The position numbers were made by a program, and so were the translations under genes. This document shows positions 26,023 through 38,130 of a stretch of 64,000 nt of DNA, one piece after another. The DNA comes from Sminthopsis crassicaudata (taxonomy: Eukaryota): contig NC_133618.1 of NCBI RefSeq assembly GCF_048593235.1, forward strand, positions 178,029,162 to 178,093,161, in the 5' to 3' direction. How positions within the stretch are numbered: the first letter of the stretch is position 1; every line of letters begins with the position of its first letter. Below the pieces are notes generated by a model. That model was not told the DNA's origin. It saw only the letters and a program-made list of their open reading frames with translations, and did no database searches.

Positions 26023-27270
26023 CTACACAAAGAAATGAGTTGGTTAGATAATTGGTTCTTCCAACAGTCTATACACAATTTGTTTAGGAGCTTGAAGAGA
26101 CAGTCCTCAAGTCTATCTTAATAGGCTATTAATGAATCCACAAATTTATAAGAATTGAAATTTTGAATTCTGTTGCCCCTTCCCAAGGTACCCAGAACTG
26201 AACACAATATACCCAGAATTGAACACAATGCTTAAGGGCAGACTTCAACAGAAATATCATATTCCTATTCTGGAAATTAAATGTCTCTAAAGTTATCTAA
26301 TATTTGATGAGACTTGTTAGCCATGGATCATAGTTAATCATACTGTTAATTCATATTGAGCTTTATTCTCAGTATTATCACTAGATCTTTTAAAAATAAA
26401 CTATTATCTAGCCATACCTTCTTCATTGTATACTTGTGATTTTGATGTAGATTTATTTTACTTAGCCTCACCTGAAATGTTAGCTTGTTGAGATTTTGAT
26501 ATTTTGGAATTAGGGATTTTAGGATTATGACTTTTGTCATCTGTATGGTAGATAAGATATGAAAATTTGATAAGCAGGTCATCTATGTCTCTACTGAAGT
26601 TATTGATAAAAATGTTTAGCAGTGGAAGAATAAGTGGGGAATTGAGAATTTCCTTTAATTTGATATAAACCTACTAATAATGACTATCTCATATTCACAT
26701 TTATAAAGGGTATTCTTCATAACAAACTATGAGGTAACTAATGATGTGTTAACATTGCTTTCATTTTATAGATGAGAAAACTGAGAAAAGGAAAAAGGAA
26801 ATGACCTGCCTATGCTCACAACCTTAGCAAGAGACACGCTGTGTCTTGATGATGGAGTCGTGTATTAGAACAAATGCTTTCATTATAATAAATTAAATTC
26901 CAGTCTTCTTTGAAAAGTCCACCCTTGAGAGGACCACAAGGAATAAAATATATATAATCTATTCCCAGCAAGCTTATAATTGATCTGAAGAGGGAAGACA
27001 CATAAATATAGAAAAAATAAAAAAGGATACACATCAGTAATCTCAAAGGGATTCAATCATTAAGGAGGTCAGAGGAGAGAAAAATAATTTCCTTTTAGTT
27101 GGTTGTAGAAGACTCTTGGAGTTGAAATTTTGGGGGGAGGGCATGCAAAGAATTGGCTGGATTTTGGTAGGTAGATGGAGAGAAAATTTATGGAACCAGT
27201 TCAGATCAGAAGAACAGTGTAATGAAACATGGAGTTGCAAGTAGATATTGGGTTTTTTTGTTTGTTTTTA

Positions 27271-27323
27271 TTTTTGTTTTTGTTTTTGTTTTTGTTTTTG
27301 TTTTTGTTTTTGTTTTTGTTTTG
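27271..27323. repeat. (TTTTTG)n simple repeat
   Basis: Directly visible, within the gene C intron. Confidence 0.95.
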
Positions 27324-29547
27324 GTAGTAGAAATTTGACTCAACAGGAGATTCCTAGAAAGGAGTAGTAAGAAATGTGCCCAAAAGATGGGATTGAGGCC
27401 ATATTGTGCATTTTTAGTAGAACTAATTCTTTTGTGGAGATTAGTAAGGATATTTTAAGTGAACTAATGTAATAATTAGGTTAATATTTCGAGAGGGTTA
27501 CTTTGTGCCATGAACAATGTCACTGTGGGGAGGGGCTAGGGTTAAGATGGTGCTTTCTAAACTTTATGTAACAGAATCTCTTCCTACCATTTTTAGAAAA
27601 ATATTGTCACTTTCTCTATCCCTCCTATCCTAGCAATGTTCTTACTTATTGTGTTGAGGATAAGTTATTGGTGTCATAAATCTATGTGACATTAAATCTG
27701 GCAGATTTTACTGGTGAGAGTCAACCTTAAATTTGACCTCCATTGTATATAAATAGCTGTTTGAAATTTGGAAAGATTTGGAATGAATCTTTTAATGCTG
27801 TTGTTGTCATTGACATTGATTTGAGACTTTTTTTTCCTTGAAAAAAGTTAATATATTTTTTGTGAGAGTTGTATTTAAACATATTAAGTCATTTTCATTA
27901 TTGTTTTATCTCCCTGATTTGAGAACTTTATAGCATATTTCTTTGCTTTTAGAAGGTTTACTCCACAAAATGGAAAATTCTGAATTAAGAAAATAGTGAT
28001 CAAATTCTGAGGAAAAGGAAAATATAAAAGATGAATAGGGGAGATTTTTTCAAGTTGGGTTTGATAAGTGTGCTGACGCTTGAATATTGGGGTCATAGGA
28101 AAAGGAAATGTCAAACATAAAATTTAACAAGAATAAAGATCATTGTTCCACTGAGATCTTCCATTGATGTCTTATCCTGGTAGGATTTACTTGTGGCTCC
28201 TAAAGGCAGAGCATACTTAATTTTTAGAAGCTTTGAGATAGAACCTGTCTCTCTCCTATATAGATTAGCCTAGCTAAGTGTGAATAAGCTTATAATTAGA
28301 GCACTGGCTACCAGACAATAACTTTCCCCACCATTGTAACATATTATTCTAATTAATGTCTTTTTCTTTTAATCTAAAAAAAATTGCTTGTATAATTTAG
28401 TGGGAGTGAACTTGTCAGGTGTCCTACTGCTAGTCATTGACAGAGATCCTTAGAGCTCTAGCCACTGTCAAATTTGGGAACATTTGTGATCTTGTCAATA
28501 ACATTGCCTAGGTCTGCTCTCTATGCTAATTAAGACGTCTATCCTTCTGCTCTTTAAAACTGTTCAAATTATTATTTTATTTCCTAAGCATTCTCAAACT
28601 CTTTACTTGTTATATATGTCTCTATCAAAAATAAAGAGCAGGCAGCACCATTTAAAACTTAAGTCAAATGGTTATGCTGAAAAATATGTGCATTTGTGGG
28701 GGAGGGCAGGATGGTTCTCTAGAAGAGTTGGATGTGGACATAAATGTATTAATTTGACAGCACTGAATATCTTTGAAGGGAAGGTGGAGTGTGCTTGTTC
28801 ATATGCAAGAGGAGATAGTAAGCAAAAAAGATATTGGATTGGACAGAATTCCTACTAAGCTAGAAATTGGAGTGGGGAAAGGGAAGTGACAGATGACACT
28901 GAAGCTTATGATTGAAATACGAATGGCATCATGGAGAGACCCCACAGATTTTGAAGAGGTAAATGATCAGGGCATAGTCATTTAAGGATTATTTATTAAG
29001 CATTTATTAGGTATACACTGCTGTGAAAAATTTTGGAGCAAAATGAAAGGGAAATGACTCCCTCAGAAGCAAATTGGTAGGAATCATGGAAACTTGGAAA
29101 GAAATTCCAATGTTCTACTCAGTGCAGGAATCTCAGTAAAGCAGTAAATAATATACTGAATTTAAAGTTCAAATCCCAGCTCTGCCACTTACTTACTATG
29201 TGACCTTAGATAAATTACTCAATTTCTCTGAGAATATGAACTTTTTTCTAACTCTAAATCTATGGTCTTATGATCCTCTCTAGGACATTCCTGAGAGCTT
29301 CTTTTTAAACAGATCTAGTGACAGAAAGCTCATTTAATCCACCCTCACTTTTTTATTTTTGAGTTTTTTCAATTAGTTCCCAACCTGGGAGAAAGTCTCA
29401 AAGGAACCTTTTGGACTTTGGATTGTTTAAGGACCCAGGACTGGTTTCTCTGAACTTTCCTCAAGAGCTATATCTCCCCTCCTAGGAAGACAAGGCATGG
29501 GATATAGTTTCCCTTTTCCAGCACTGATAGTTTAGTTTCCACCTTAC

Positions 29548-29605
29548 CTGTAGAAATTTGGGTCAGGAAGATAAAGAGAGCAAACATGAAGCACAGGATT
29601 CTCAT
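29548..29605 (-). CDS. Beta-defensin gene C exon 1 (signal peptide)
   Basis: gccATG; 58 nt encoding MRILCFMFALFIFLTQIST+G, donor GTAAGG. Joined to 25865-26022 (intron 3525 nt) it gives a 71-aa precursor. Confidence 0.93.
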
Positions 29606-29686
29606 GGCTGTGATGTTAACAGTGATATTGTGGAATGAGAAAGCATGAGTTCTTTAGATGAGGGAATCAGTATCCTACTGTAACTC

Positions 29687-29694
29687 TATATATA
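29687..29694 (-). promoter_or_regulatory. TATA box of gene C
   Basis: TATATATA about 82 nt upstream of the ATG. Confidence 0.7.
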
Positions 29695-30941
29695 ATTTTT
29701 ACAGGCCCCCAAGGAAGCTTTGGCCTGGGAAGTAAGCTAAGATTGAGCAGTTCCCATGCTTCATTGCATAGGGACTGGGCTAGTGATAAGAAGAATTTAT
29801 GCTTGTTCACACCAATATCCTACCTTGCATGCTTTTCTCCCTCCTTTTTCTATCCAATGCTTATCTAAATGAAATCCCTCCTTGGATGTGAATTTATAGC
29901 TTCCCTCCCATCCTGAAGTGATCTTCCTTTCCTTTGTTATACTTTCAAATCATTCAATTTATCCAACTGGGTCCTTTACAGAAAGACATTTCCTTTACTA
30001 GAATCTAAAAACAAAGATCTTTTGTCTTAACTTTTTGGCACTAAGCACAAACCATTCCCATAGAAAGTACTCCATAAATTCCAACTCTGTGATTGTGTGA
30101 CTTTTGGCAAGGCTCTTCATCTCTCTGAGACTGAGTTTCCACATCTATAAAATGAAGACCTTGGACTAGATGATTTTTCAGGGTACCTACAAGCTCTGAT
30201 AGATATTTTATTCTAAAGAGAGGCTGCCGTTTTCTTTTTCAAAACTTTGAATTCTCTTATTAGAATCTAAGAACAAAGACCCTGTCTTTTGTCTTAACTT
30301 CTTGGCACTTTAGCTTAACTTTAGCCCTTAATTTTGTCAGTTTCTGCATTTTAATTCTAATAATAGCACCTAGTTCCTGGAGTTGTGAGCATCAAAAGAG
30401 AGATTTGTAAAGCATTTTGAAAATCCTAAAATACTATATAATTGTAGCCATCATTATCTTTAATAATTAAAGAGTGGTATACTTAGCAGAGAAACAGATA
30501 AACAAACAAACAAAAACAATTTATGAGGAGTGAAGGTATATGGAATTAGATTGAAGAACGAGAGCTTGGTTCCTTGTAACCAATATCAACCTACTGGACA
30601 GTACCTTGAGAATCTTTCTCTAGTTATACTTTTCATCTTGAGAGTGAGTATAAGAATGCAAGATAAAGGGAAGGAAGAATGCACAAGAAGGGAAAAACCT
30701 CTGGGAACTTCTTCTATGAGACCTTGGATATATTGGTTAGGTAGGTCCTGGGCTGACTTTCTTTTTCATTTTACTAGTGGCTCAGAACACGAGAAAATTC
30801 TCAGACTCAATTATTCATTGAATTTCTGTAATATATTATGCTAAACTTGCTTCTGTTCTTCCTTTCCCCAAGAACTGTGACTTGGACCTTGCAGGAAGGC
30901 TTCTGGATTTTTTTTCTTATAAACAATAATTTACACCTTAT

Positions 30942-30990
30942 CTGAAGAAATTTAGGCTGGAACAGAAAAGATGAAGCCAAGGATTCTCAT
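30942..30990 (-). pseudogene. Dead beta-defensin exon 1 (exon D), paralogue of the gene A/C first exons
   Basis: ATGAGAATCCTTGGCTTCATCTTTTCTGTTCCAGCCTAAATTTCTTCAG|ATAAGG reads MRILGFIFSVPA*ISS. It has a 9-nt deletion relative to 58 nt, a CAA>TAA nonsense change and a GT>AT donor mutation. The upstream flank is homologous to the A/C promoters. Confidence 0.85.
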
Positions 30991-31116
30991 CTGAAGTGTG
31001 TTTGTGGAGTGAAAGTATTCCTTTCTTCTAACAAAGGGAAATCTTACAGTGTTCACTTTTCTTCAAAGTCTTGAGGTATTTGACTTAGTAAAGTAACTAA
31101 AAGTGAATAGATTTTC

Positions 31117-31455
31117 TTTCTTTTTTTAATAATAGGTTTTTATTTTCAAAATATATGCAAAGCGTTTTCAACATTCTTCTATGAGACCTTGGAAAACCTT
31201 GGGCTCCAAATTTTCCTTCTTTCTCTTGACCCCTCCATCAGACAGCACATAATCCAATATATGTTAAATACATACAATTCTTCTATACCTGTTTCCATAT
31301 TTATTATGCTGCACAAGAAAAATCAGATCAAAAATAAAAAATGAGAAAGAAAACAAAAAGCAAGCAAACAACAACAAAAAAGATGAAAACACTATACTGG
31401 GATCCACAGTCAGCCCCCACAGTCCTCTTTCTGGATGTAGCTGGATCTTGCCAAG
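31117..31455 (-). mobile_element. 5'-truncated L1 3'-UTR insertion in the exon D promoter
   Basis: Begins with a T-rich tail on the plus strand; flanked by a 14-bp TSD GTGAATAGATTTTC at 31103-31116 and 31456-31469. Confidence 0.85.
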
Positions 31456-31629
31456 GTGAATAGATTTTCAAGCTCAGAAGAATAACTCATGTTATGACTG
31501 CTGAAACCAAACTAAAATGTAATTGAGAAATATTTAACAAAATAAACAAAAATATTAAAACATAATGTTAGTGAATGATTTTCAAGTTCTGTGCTGCCAG
31601 GCATTCTGTTTCTATGTGAGTTAGGTTCA

Positions 31630-34290
31630 TTATTGGTCCTCATGCTCAAAATGACATCACTATGTTGGGATTAAGGTACAACGTGTCTGACAATGGCAGA
31701 TCATAGAAACTTGAAAGGGCATAAACAAGTTATTCATAAAGAATCCATATGAACAATTGGAGTAGAAATCTCTCTAAATTTGCACAACTCATATTTTTCT
31801 CTTTTTTTTTTTTGAGTTATTGAAATTCTGCTTTGTTCATAAAGTACAGTGCTTTCTTTAATATAGGTACATCATGCTGGGTGAGCCTGTGCCAGTTTCT
31901 CCAATGTCTCATTATCATTCCTAAAGTTCTTCTTGTCATAATTGCTCATATTGCTTCTTCTGACCTTGTGTTAATGCTTCCTTTTTGTAAGTTCTCTGTA
32001 AATTAGTCTTTTAAGTGCATATCCATTTGTCACTTGAACAATATGGCCAGCCCTTTGAAGTTGTGCCTCTTTGCAGGAGAGTTCAAATACTTGTCAATTC
32101 AGTTTGAGAAAGACCTCAATATTCAGTATCTTATCTTGCCAGATGATCTTCAGAATTTTTTAAAAGACAATTCAAATGGAAATGATTCAATTTTCTGACA
32201 TGATATTGGGTATACTATTCAGATTTCACAAGCCTACCTCTTCTCTCCTACATTTTCCTTCAGAACCTTCCTCTAAATGAGCTTGCTCTACCGATGCTTT
32301 GTGTATATCCCTGGAAAGTATATTGCCATGGTAAGTGAATTTATATATAGCACTCAAAATTTCTCAATTTGCTATAACCACTTGTTCCATATAGGTGGTG
32401 CAGTTCTGGCTGGTAGAGAACTTTTGTTTTTCTTGGTGTTAATTGTCAGATCAAAATTATCACAAACAGGAGAATCTATATTTTATTGCATCTCAGCCTT
32501 AGAGGGTACATTGAGTGCACAATCACTCACATACCAACTCTCCTTCTACTTTAGTCTGAGCTTATAGCTTTTAAAAGTTTAATATACTACATTTAGTAGC
32601 TCACTTTGAAGCTGTTTTCTTCCTCATTCCATCATGAAAATAAGCACACAGTCCTGTTTCATCATCCTAATGATGGGGAAAGTCCAAAAGCATTGTCCAT
32701 TATCCAGAACTTATTTAAACATATTCTCATAATAATCACTAAGACATTTAGCTTCAATTTATTGGTAAAAAGAGATATTTAGTCTCTGTCTTTTAATGAA
32801 AATTGAAAACTCATGAACTCTGAGGAAACAAATTTTGCCATGATCTTCCCCAAACCCTCATCAGTATCAAAAACCCTGGTCAAATTGAAGAATATTGTGT
32901 ACATCTCTTTTTTACTCCTTCATTTTTCTTGGAGTTTAGACAGCAGACAATACAATGGCTTTAGCACTGGCTGATGACAATCTGTTGAGAACATTATGGA
33001 AGTGTTCAGCCCATGTTTCTAGGATTATGTCCTTGGCACTAATCTGTGCGGCTCCACCCATACTGAGTATTTAAGATCCACTTTGGCCCATAAATAGCCT
33101 TTAGGGCATCACAAAAGTATCTTTGATTGTTACTATCAATGTAAAATTGCATTTCATTTACCTTCTCAGTCAAGAATCCTATAACTCTCTAAACTTTGTA
33201 CTTTACTTTTGATCAAGTTTATTTACTTTTTTATAATAAAATTATTTTTTTTGATAGCGTTAAATGCTCCTTTCTTAGAGATGGATGAACTATCCTGCTA
33301 GGAAACTCTATAAAGTTTTGCTTAGCAGCTTCTGAATTTTCCTATCATTTTTGTCAAACCAGTTTTGATGTTTGTGAGTATTCTGGCTCAGATGAGTAAA
33401 TGTGGTGTTGTATACCAAGTATCTGAAAGCATGTGCCTACTCTGGTGATGAAGTCAACCAGGATTATAAGCTTATCCTCTTTGGCACATTGATGATGAGC
33501 GTCTCCAGCTCTTCATAAAAGGTGTTTTTTTTTTTTTTTTTTTTTGTTTTGTTTTTTTTGTTTTTGTCTTTTTATTCATTAGGGTTTATTATAGTGGGAG
33601 AATATGTACTGATGTTGGTGGCAAGTATATTCCTTAAAAAAAGGTTACTCCCATTGCGGCTTCAGTCCAGTAAAGAGTAAGTAAAATCCCTTTGACCTGG
33701 ATTGCTTATGTGCAAGATTGTGACTACAACTCTCACTGTATCTGTACCTGCTGTTTTGTTACTTGTTTGTCAATACAGTACTTCAAGATAAATAAAAGTG
33801 GTAAAATAGTATGAGCGATGTCTTTTGAATTTCACATAAATTGAATTTAAGTGACACAGAATTCACATCAGCCTCACTTTTCCAGTCATAAAAGTGTAGT
33901 GGCAAGACAAAAGTCAGTATGACTGACAATGGTCCAGTACAGTGGATGACTTTGGCATCTTTAATGTCTAACCATGTTCTAAGCATTCCACAATACTTGC
34001 TTCCATTGCCTTCATAGCCTTTCGGAACAAATTGCTCACATTTTTCCATTCCATCAGGGAAGTCTTTACATGCTTGGTGGCACCCCTCTAACTCACTGGC
34101 TCTTAGTTAGTTTCAACCCATCTTCAGCATAGCCTGTCAGCCAATATGATTTACTGGAGTGTGACTGCAGCTCAGACTAAGCTTTTAGAGTCTTAGGTGA
34201 AAACTGGTGACAGGTGGACACCAAATGTGGAAAACAGCCCTGAAAAGGGCTTGACAGCCCTCATGCCAAAGATACTAGTCTTTCCTAAAT
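31630..34290 (-). mobile_element. RTE-clade LINE (marsupial RTE), long degenerate copy
   Basis: 3' end caaaatgacatcactatgttgg...; RT C-terminal text (gacaattcaaatggaaatgattcaattttctgacatg); 5' UTR ccaaatgtggaaaacagccctgaaaagggcttgacagccctcatgccaaagatactagtctttcct. Many stops and deletions. Confidence 0.85.
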
Positions 34291-34659
34291 GCTTGCATGA
34301 ATTAAATGATGTACAGGTTTAAGAAAACAAATAGAACTCATAACAGCATTCATAGAAAATATTAGTAACTGACACACATAACATTTTATGTATTTAAGTG
34401 CCTTGTACAATAAATTATGTTTGAATTTTATAGTTACCCTATGAGGTAGTGCTACAGCTATTAATATTTCCATTTTTCTGATTCTCAGAAAGGTTAAGTG
34501 ATCTCACCATTCCATGGTCATAGAGTGATGGTCAGAGGTAGGATCTGAAACTGGATCTTGACTCTAAGTTCAGGGTTGTATTCACCATGTTGCCTATCTA
34601 TAACCTTATCTAGGGAACATTCTTACCCCAGAAGTTTGTAAAGATTTTGTCACTTAAAG

Positions 34660-34838
34660 CAGAGGTATCAAATATGCAGCCTTCAGGTCCCATGTGGCTT
34701 CCCAAGTCTGACTAAAATGTATTTGGGAAATAGCAAAATAAATAAAAGTACAAACTTACATCACATTAACATGTGATTTTCTAAGTTATTATGTGACCAG
34801 CAAGAATCCTTATGTATGGTTTAATGATCTCTGTTTCT
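34660..34838. mobile_element. Small non-autonomous hAT-like DNA transposon (MITE)
   Basis: Starts CAGAGGTATCAAA; flanked by near-identical 8-mers ACTTAAAG (34652-34659) and ACTTAAAA (34839-34846), and an 8-bp TSD is typical of hAT elements. A partial related copy lies near 31490-31610. Confidence 0.55.
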
Positions 34839-35001
34839 ACTTAAAAGTACTAGTTTGGGTATGGCATCTGGAAACTATCCTTTCATGTTAGGGCTTTTTT
34901 CTTTATTCATGATTCTCTTTCATGTTATTATTGAAATAAATTTCAAAGTACAGATAATCCCTGCTTGGGAGGAGGAGAAGGAAGCTATTTCTAAAGGAAA
35001 T

Positions 35002-35337
35002 TGTAAAGGGCTGAAACTCTTGAGTTAATGCACTGAGGTCGGATAACTGAGCTAATTACTGATTGGACAACACTCTACAAGAATATGCTTGGAAAATGGC
35101 CCTTCCCACTATCCTGTTCTGGCCTAATCGTTTGGTTTATACAGAGAATTGTAGGAGGGACTAGGGGATGGAGTAAGACTAGCCAGTCACTTCTGGGCAG
35201 AAGACAAAGAGATGAGGTCACTGAGATCCTATGTCCATCCCCTTGATTTCTATCACTAAAAACCAGGAATAAAGACTTTTGCTTATCCTGACTCTGGATG
35301 ATTCTAAGGTATCCAGGGTGCTAACACAGTTATCACA
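35002..35337 (+). mobile_element. Solo LTR, ERV class II (beta-like)
   Basis: TGtaaagggc...ttatcaCA, 336 bp, internal AATAAA (ggaataaagac), perfect 6-bp TSD GGAAAT at 34996-35001 and 35338-35343. Confidence 0.9.
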
Positions 35338-36841
35338 GGAAATGCCTCTGAGAAACTGTTAAAAAATTTCCCAGTAATACAGATAAAGTGCTACATTGTA
35401 TCTTAGAAGCAATTACTGTGCTTTTATGTATATTCATTACTGGTTTGTTATGAAGCAAAGTGTGTTATTTAATATGTGGGACAAGTATTTTTCTCTATAT
35501 TGTGAAATCTGGAGCCTAGAAAGCCATGCAATATGTTGCTTTGGGAGAATGGAAGGCATTAAAAAAAAAAGACTCTTATTTGTTAAACTAAAAATACCAT
35601 GAAATACTATCTCTAGTCTAATTAAAAGCCTTTAAAAAATCTTTTTTGAAGTTGAAATAGGTATGGATCCCCCCACCCCCCCACCTCCACCATAGATCTT
35701 TCACTAGTGACCAACAATTTAACAAAGAATATAGTATCTCTAGTCTAGTTATGATCATTGCATATGCATCCACCAAGAGAATTGTTTTTTTTTTTTTTTC
35801 ATTAGAAGTTAAGATATTATTCTCAGAAAGGAGAAAAAGAAATTTTACTTCTTGAGGGGAATGGTCCAATGAAGGAACTGAATTATGGCCTTTTTGGAGT
35901 ATTAATCCAGGACCCTATTTAAATATATTTAATATATTATTATTTTTTCTTTGATCAGGATTCATATAAACATTATCTGAAAACATCTTGGGTCAGAGAC
36001 ATGATGGAGAACATAGAGGAACTATATCATTCTGAATATCTCTCTTCTTTGAAATATGAAATGCTTTAAGAATTAGATAATCATAAATTAGATAAAATTA
36101 TTTCTGGCATATTGGTGCCTAGCTACAGAATATATTGTTAATATATATTTTTATGGAGGTAATGAAATTTACTATCCTTGGAGGACTTCAATAGAGGCTG
36201 TTTGATCAATAACTATTCACTTCTTATAAATATAGAAAGTACATAATCTCATAGTTCTCTTATCTCAAACTGTATGAAAAAAGTCTAATTTCTTCAAAGT
36301 GGGCATGAAGAGCTTGACCTCTATAAATTTAATATATCCCTGTCTCCCATTCAAAATACCATGTCTTGTAACAAAGGATAAAATAGAAAACCAAAAAGAA
36401 AAAAAAAAAAACAGTTTTCCAAAACAAAACAACAAATTAACCAAGACTGAGAGTATGTGGAGTGTTAAATACCCATAGTTCCTCATCTCTGCCAAGCAGG
36501 GTGTGAGAGGCACTTATCATAATTCTTCTTTAGGACCATTATAATAGCACAACATTCAGTTTTGAATTTAATGTTGTACTTTCCATTTTTATTGTAGTTA
36601 TTTTGCATTGTTTTGCTTATTTTACTTTGCATCAGTTCATATAAAATTTCCCATGTTTTATATACATTTTTTGGTCATCCTTTTCTATTTGGTGAGTAGG
36701 ATATGAAATTTTTGAATTGTATGTCTTATAATAAAATGAATATGATTTGTAGCAGTATTTCATATGGTTGTTGATCTTCACAAACCCTTCACATGATTTA
36801 TTTGTTTCATTATGATATATTTGTTATATATTTCTTTATAG

Positions 36842-36945
36842 TACCTTACAAATGGCAAAAGAAGTGTGAAACAGGAAAAGGGCAAAGGCGAAAGGCATAA
36901 GGGAAAAGATTATCTCCTCTTGTAATCCAAATTGAATATTTAAAG
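36842..36945 (+). pseudogene. Probable decayed beta-defensin exon 2
   Basis: Strong acceptor tatatttctttatag|TA, phase 1. Reads (V)PYKWQKKCETGKGQRRKA*, then after a frameshift EKIISSCNPN*IFK. C1, the G-x motif, RK, the conserved E and C4 sit at defensin positions, and TTT lies at the C5 position. Only 2 of 6 Cys are intact. Confidence 0.42.
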
Positions 36946-37099
36946 TATCCAGATTGAGAGCAAAGATCCTAACACAACCAAATTCTGTGGCTCGTTTTTT
37001 TAGAAGAAAATGGGGATTTTCAGGGATGGGATAGTCAGCTTTTAGTTCTGTGAAATAGAATAATATATTCAGATTCTAATGAAGGACAGGCTTCTAAAC

Positions 37100-38130
37100 C
37101 AAAGGAGCAGATCCTTTTAAACATTCCTTAGCAGGAGATTACAGAAATATATCCAGAAAATAATTCACTATGAATAAGTTTGATTCATACCAGGAATGAA
37201 AAAAAAAAGTTTATTACTAGAAAAATAGCTAGCAATAATGTGTTCAAAGAACAAAGATAACAAAAATAATATTTCAATAGACAAAGACTATATTTGAAAA
37301 ATTCAGATTCACTTCTGAGAAGAATTCTAAAAATTATATGAAAGGGCCCTTATTTAAATATAATTTAAAAAGCAAGTGCCAGCATTCTTTGTAATATAGA
37401 GATGCTTGAAGCTTTTCTAATGCAAAGATGAAGCAAAGAAGTCTTTTCTCCCCATGATTATTTAACATAGTTCTAGAAAGATTAGTTATCATGATGAGAT
37501 GAGGGAAAAGTCAAAGTTATAAATACTAACAAAGGAAAAAAAACTATCCTTATTTGTAGATAATGTAATGAAATTTTTGAAAACCTCAAATAATTGAATT
37601 AATAAAAATAAAAATTTTATACAAAGCTAGAAATAAATGATTGTAAGAGAAATTTTACTGCAAAATGCAATATCAAATTATCTGGGAGTTAACAACACAA
37701 ACATGAAATTTCATAGAATCATAAACTTAGGACTAGAAGAGTCCTTAGAGGTCATGTAATCTAACCTCCTCATTTTTTAGATAAGGAAACTAAAACTCAA
37801 AGAGTCAAAGGGATTTGTTCAGTCACCCAATTCATAAATCCAGCACTATAGTATATATATATAACTACAAGATTTTTATAGAAAAAAAAGGAGACCAAAT
37901 CATGAGGGATAATCATCAATCATGTTGGATTTTGCCAATACAATAAAAATGACAATACTACCTAAATTAATTTACAAATTTAATGCATATTTAATATACA
38001 CATATGTATATGTAGGAATTTAGAGAAGGAAGAATCACTTTGGATTAAAATAATTAGTGATGCTTTCATGGATGAAGTAAACCTTGGAGTTTGGTTAGGA
38101 ATGTATATAGTCAAAAAATAAAAGGAATTC
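37100..38130 (+). mobile_element. Very degenerate L1 ORF2 fragments
   Basis: Remnants such as taagtttgattcataccaggaatg, atccttatttgtagataatgtaatg and cctaaattaatttacaaatttaatgc. Approximate. Confidence 0.55.

Noticed and set aside
29999-30312. Direct repeat of about 50 bp (tagaatctaa.aacaaaga...ttggcact)
   Set aside because: Explained by two L2 3'-end-derived fragments, which are ubiquitous in this window.
34861-34935. Hydrophobic ORF start MASGNYPFMLGLFSLFMILFHVII as exon 1 for the 36842 relic
   Set aside because: No GT donor at a phase-1 position, no TATA or Kozak; T-rich DNA readily gives hydrophobic codons.
35396-35602. ORF containing ICCFGRMEG (echo of DEFB107 RMEG) and upstream YEAKC
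   Set aside because: The motifs are in the wrong order and frames, cysteine spacing does not fit, and there is no acceptor.
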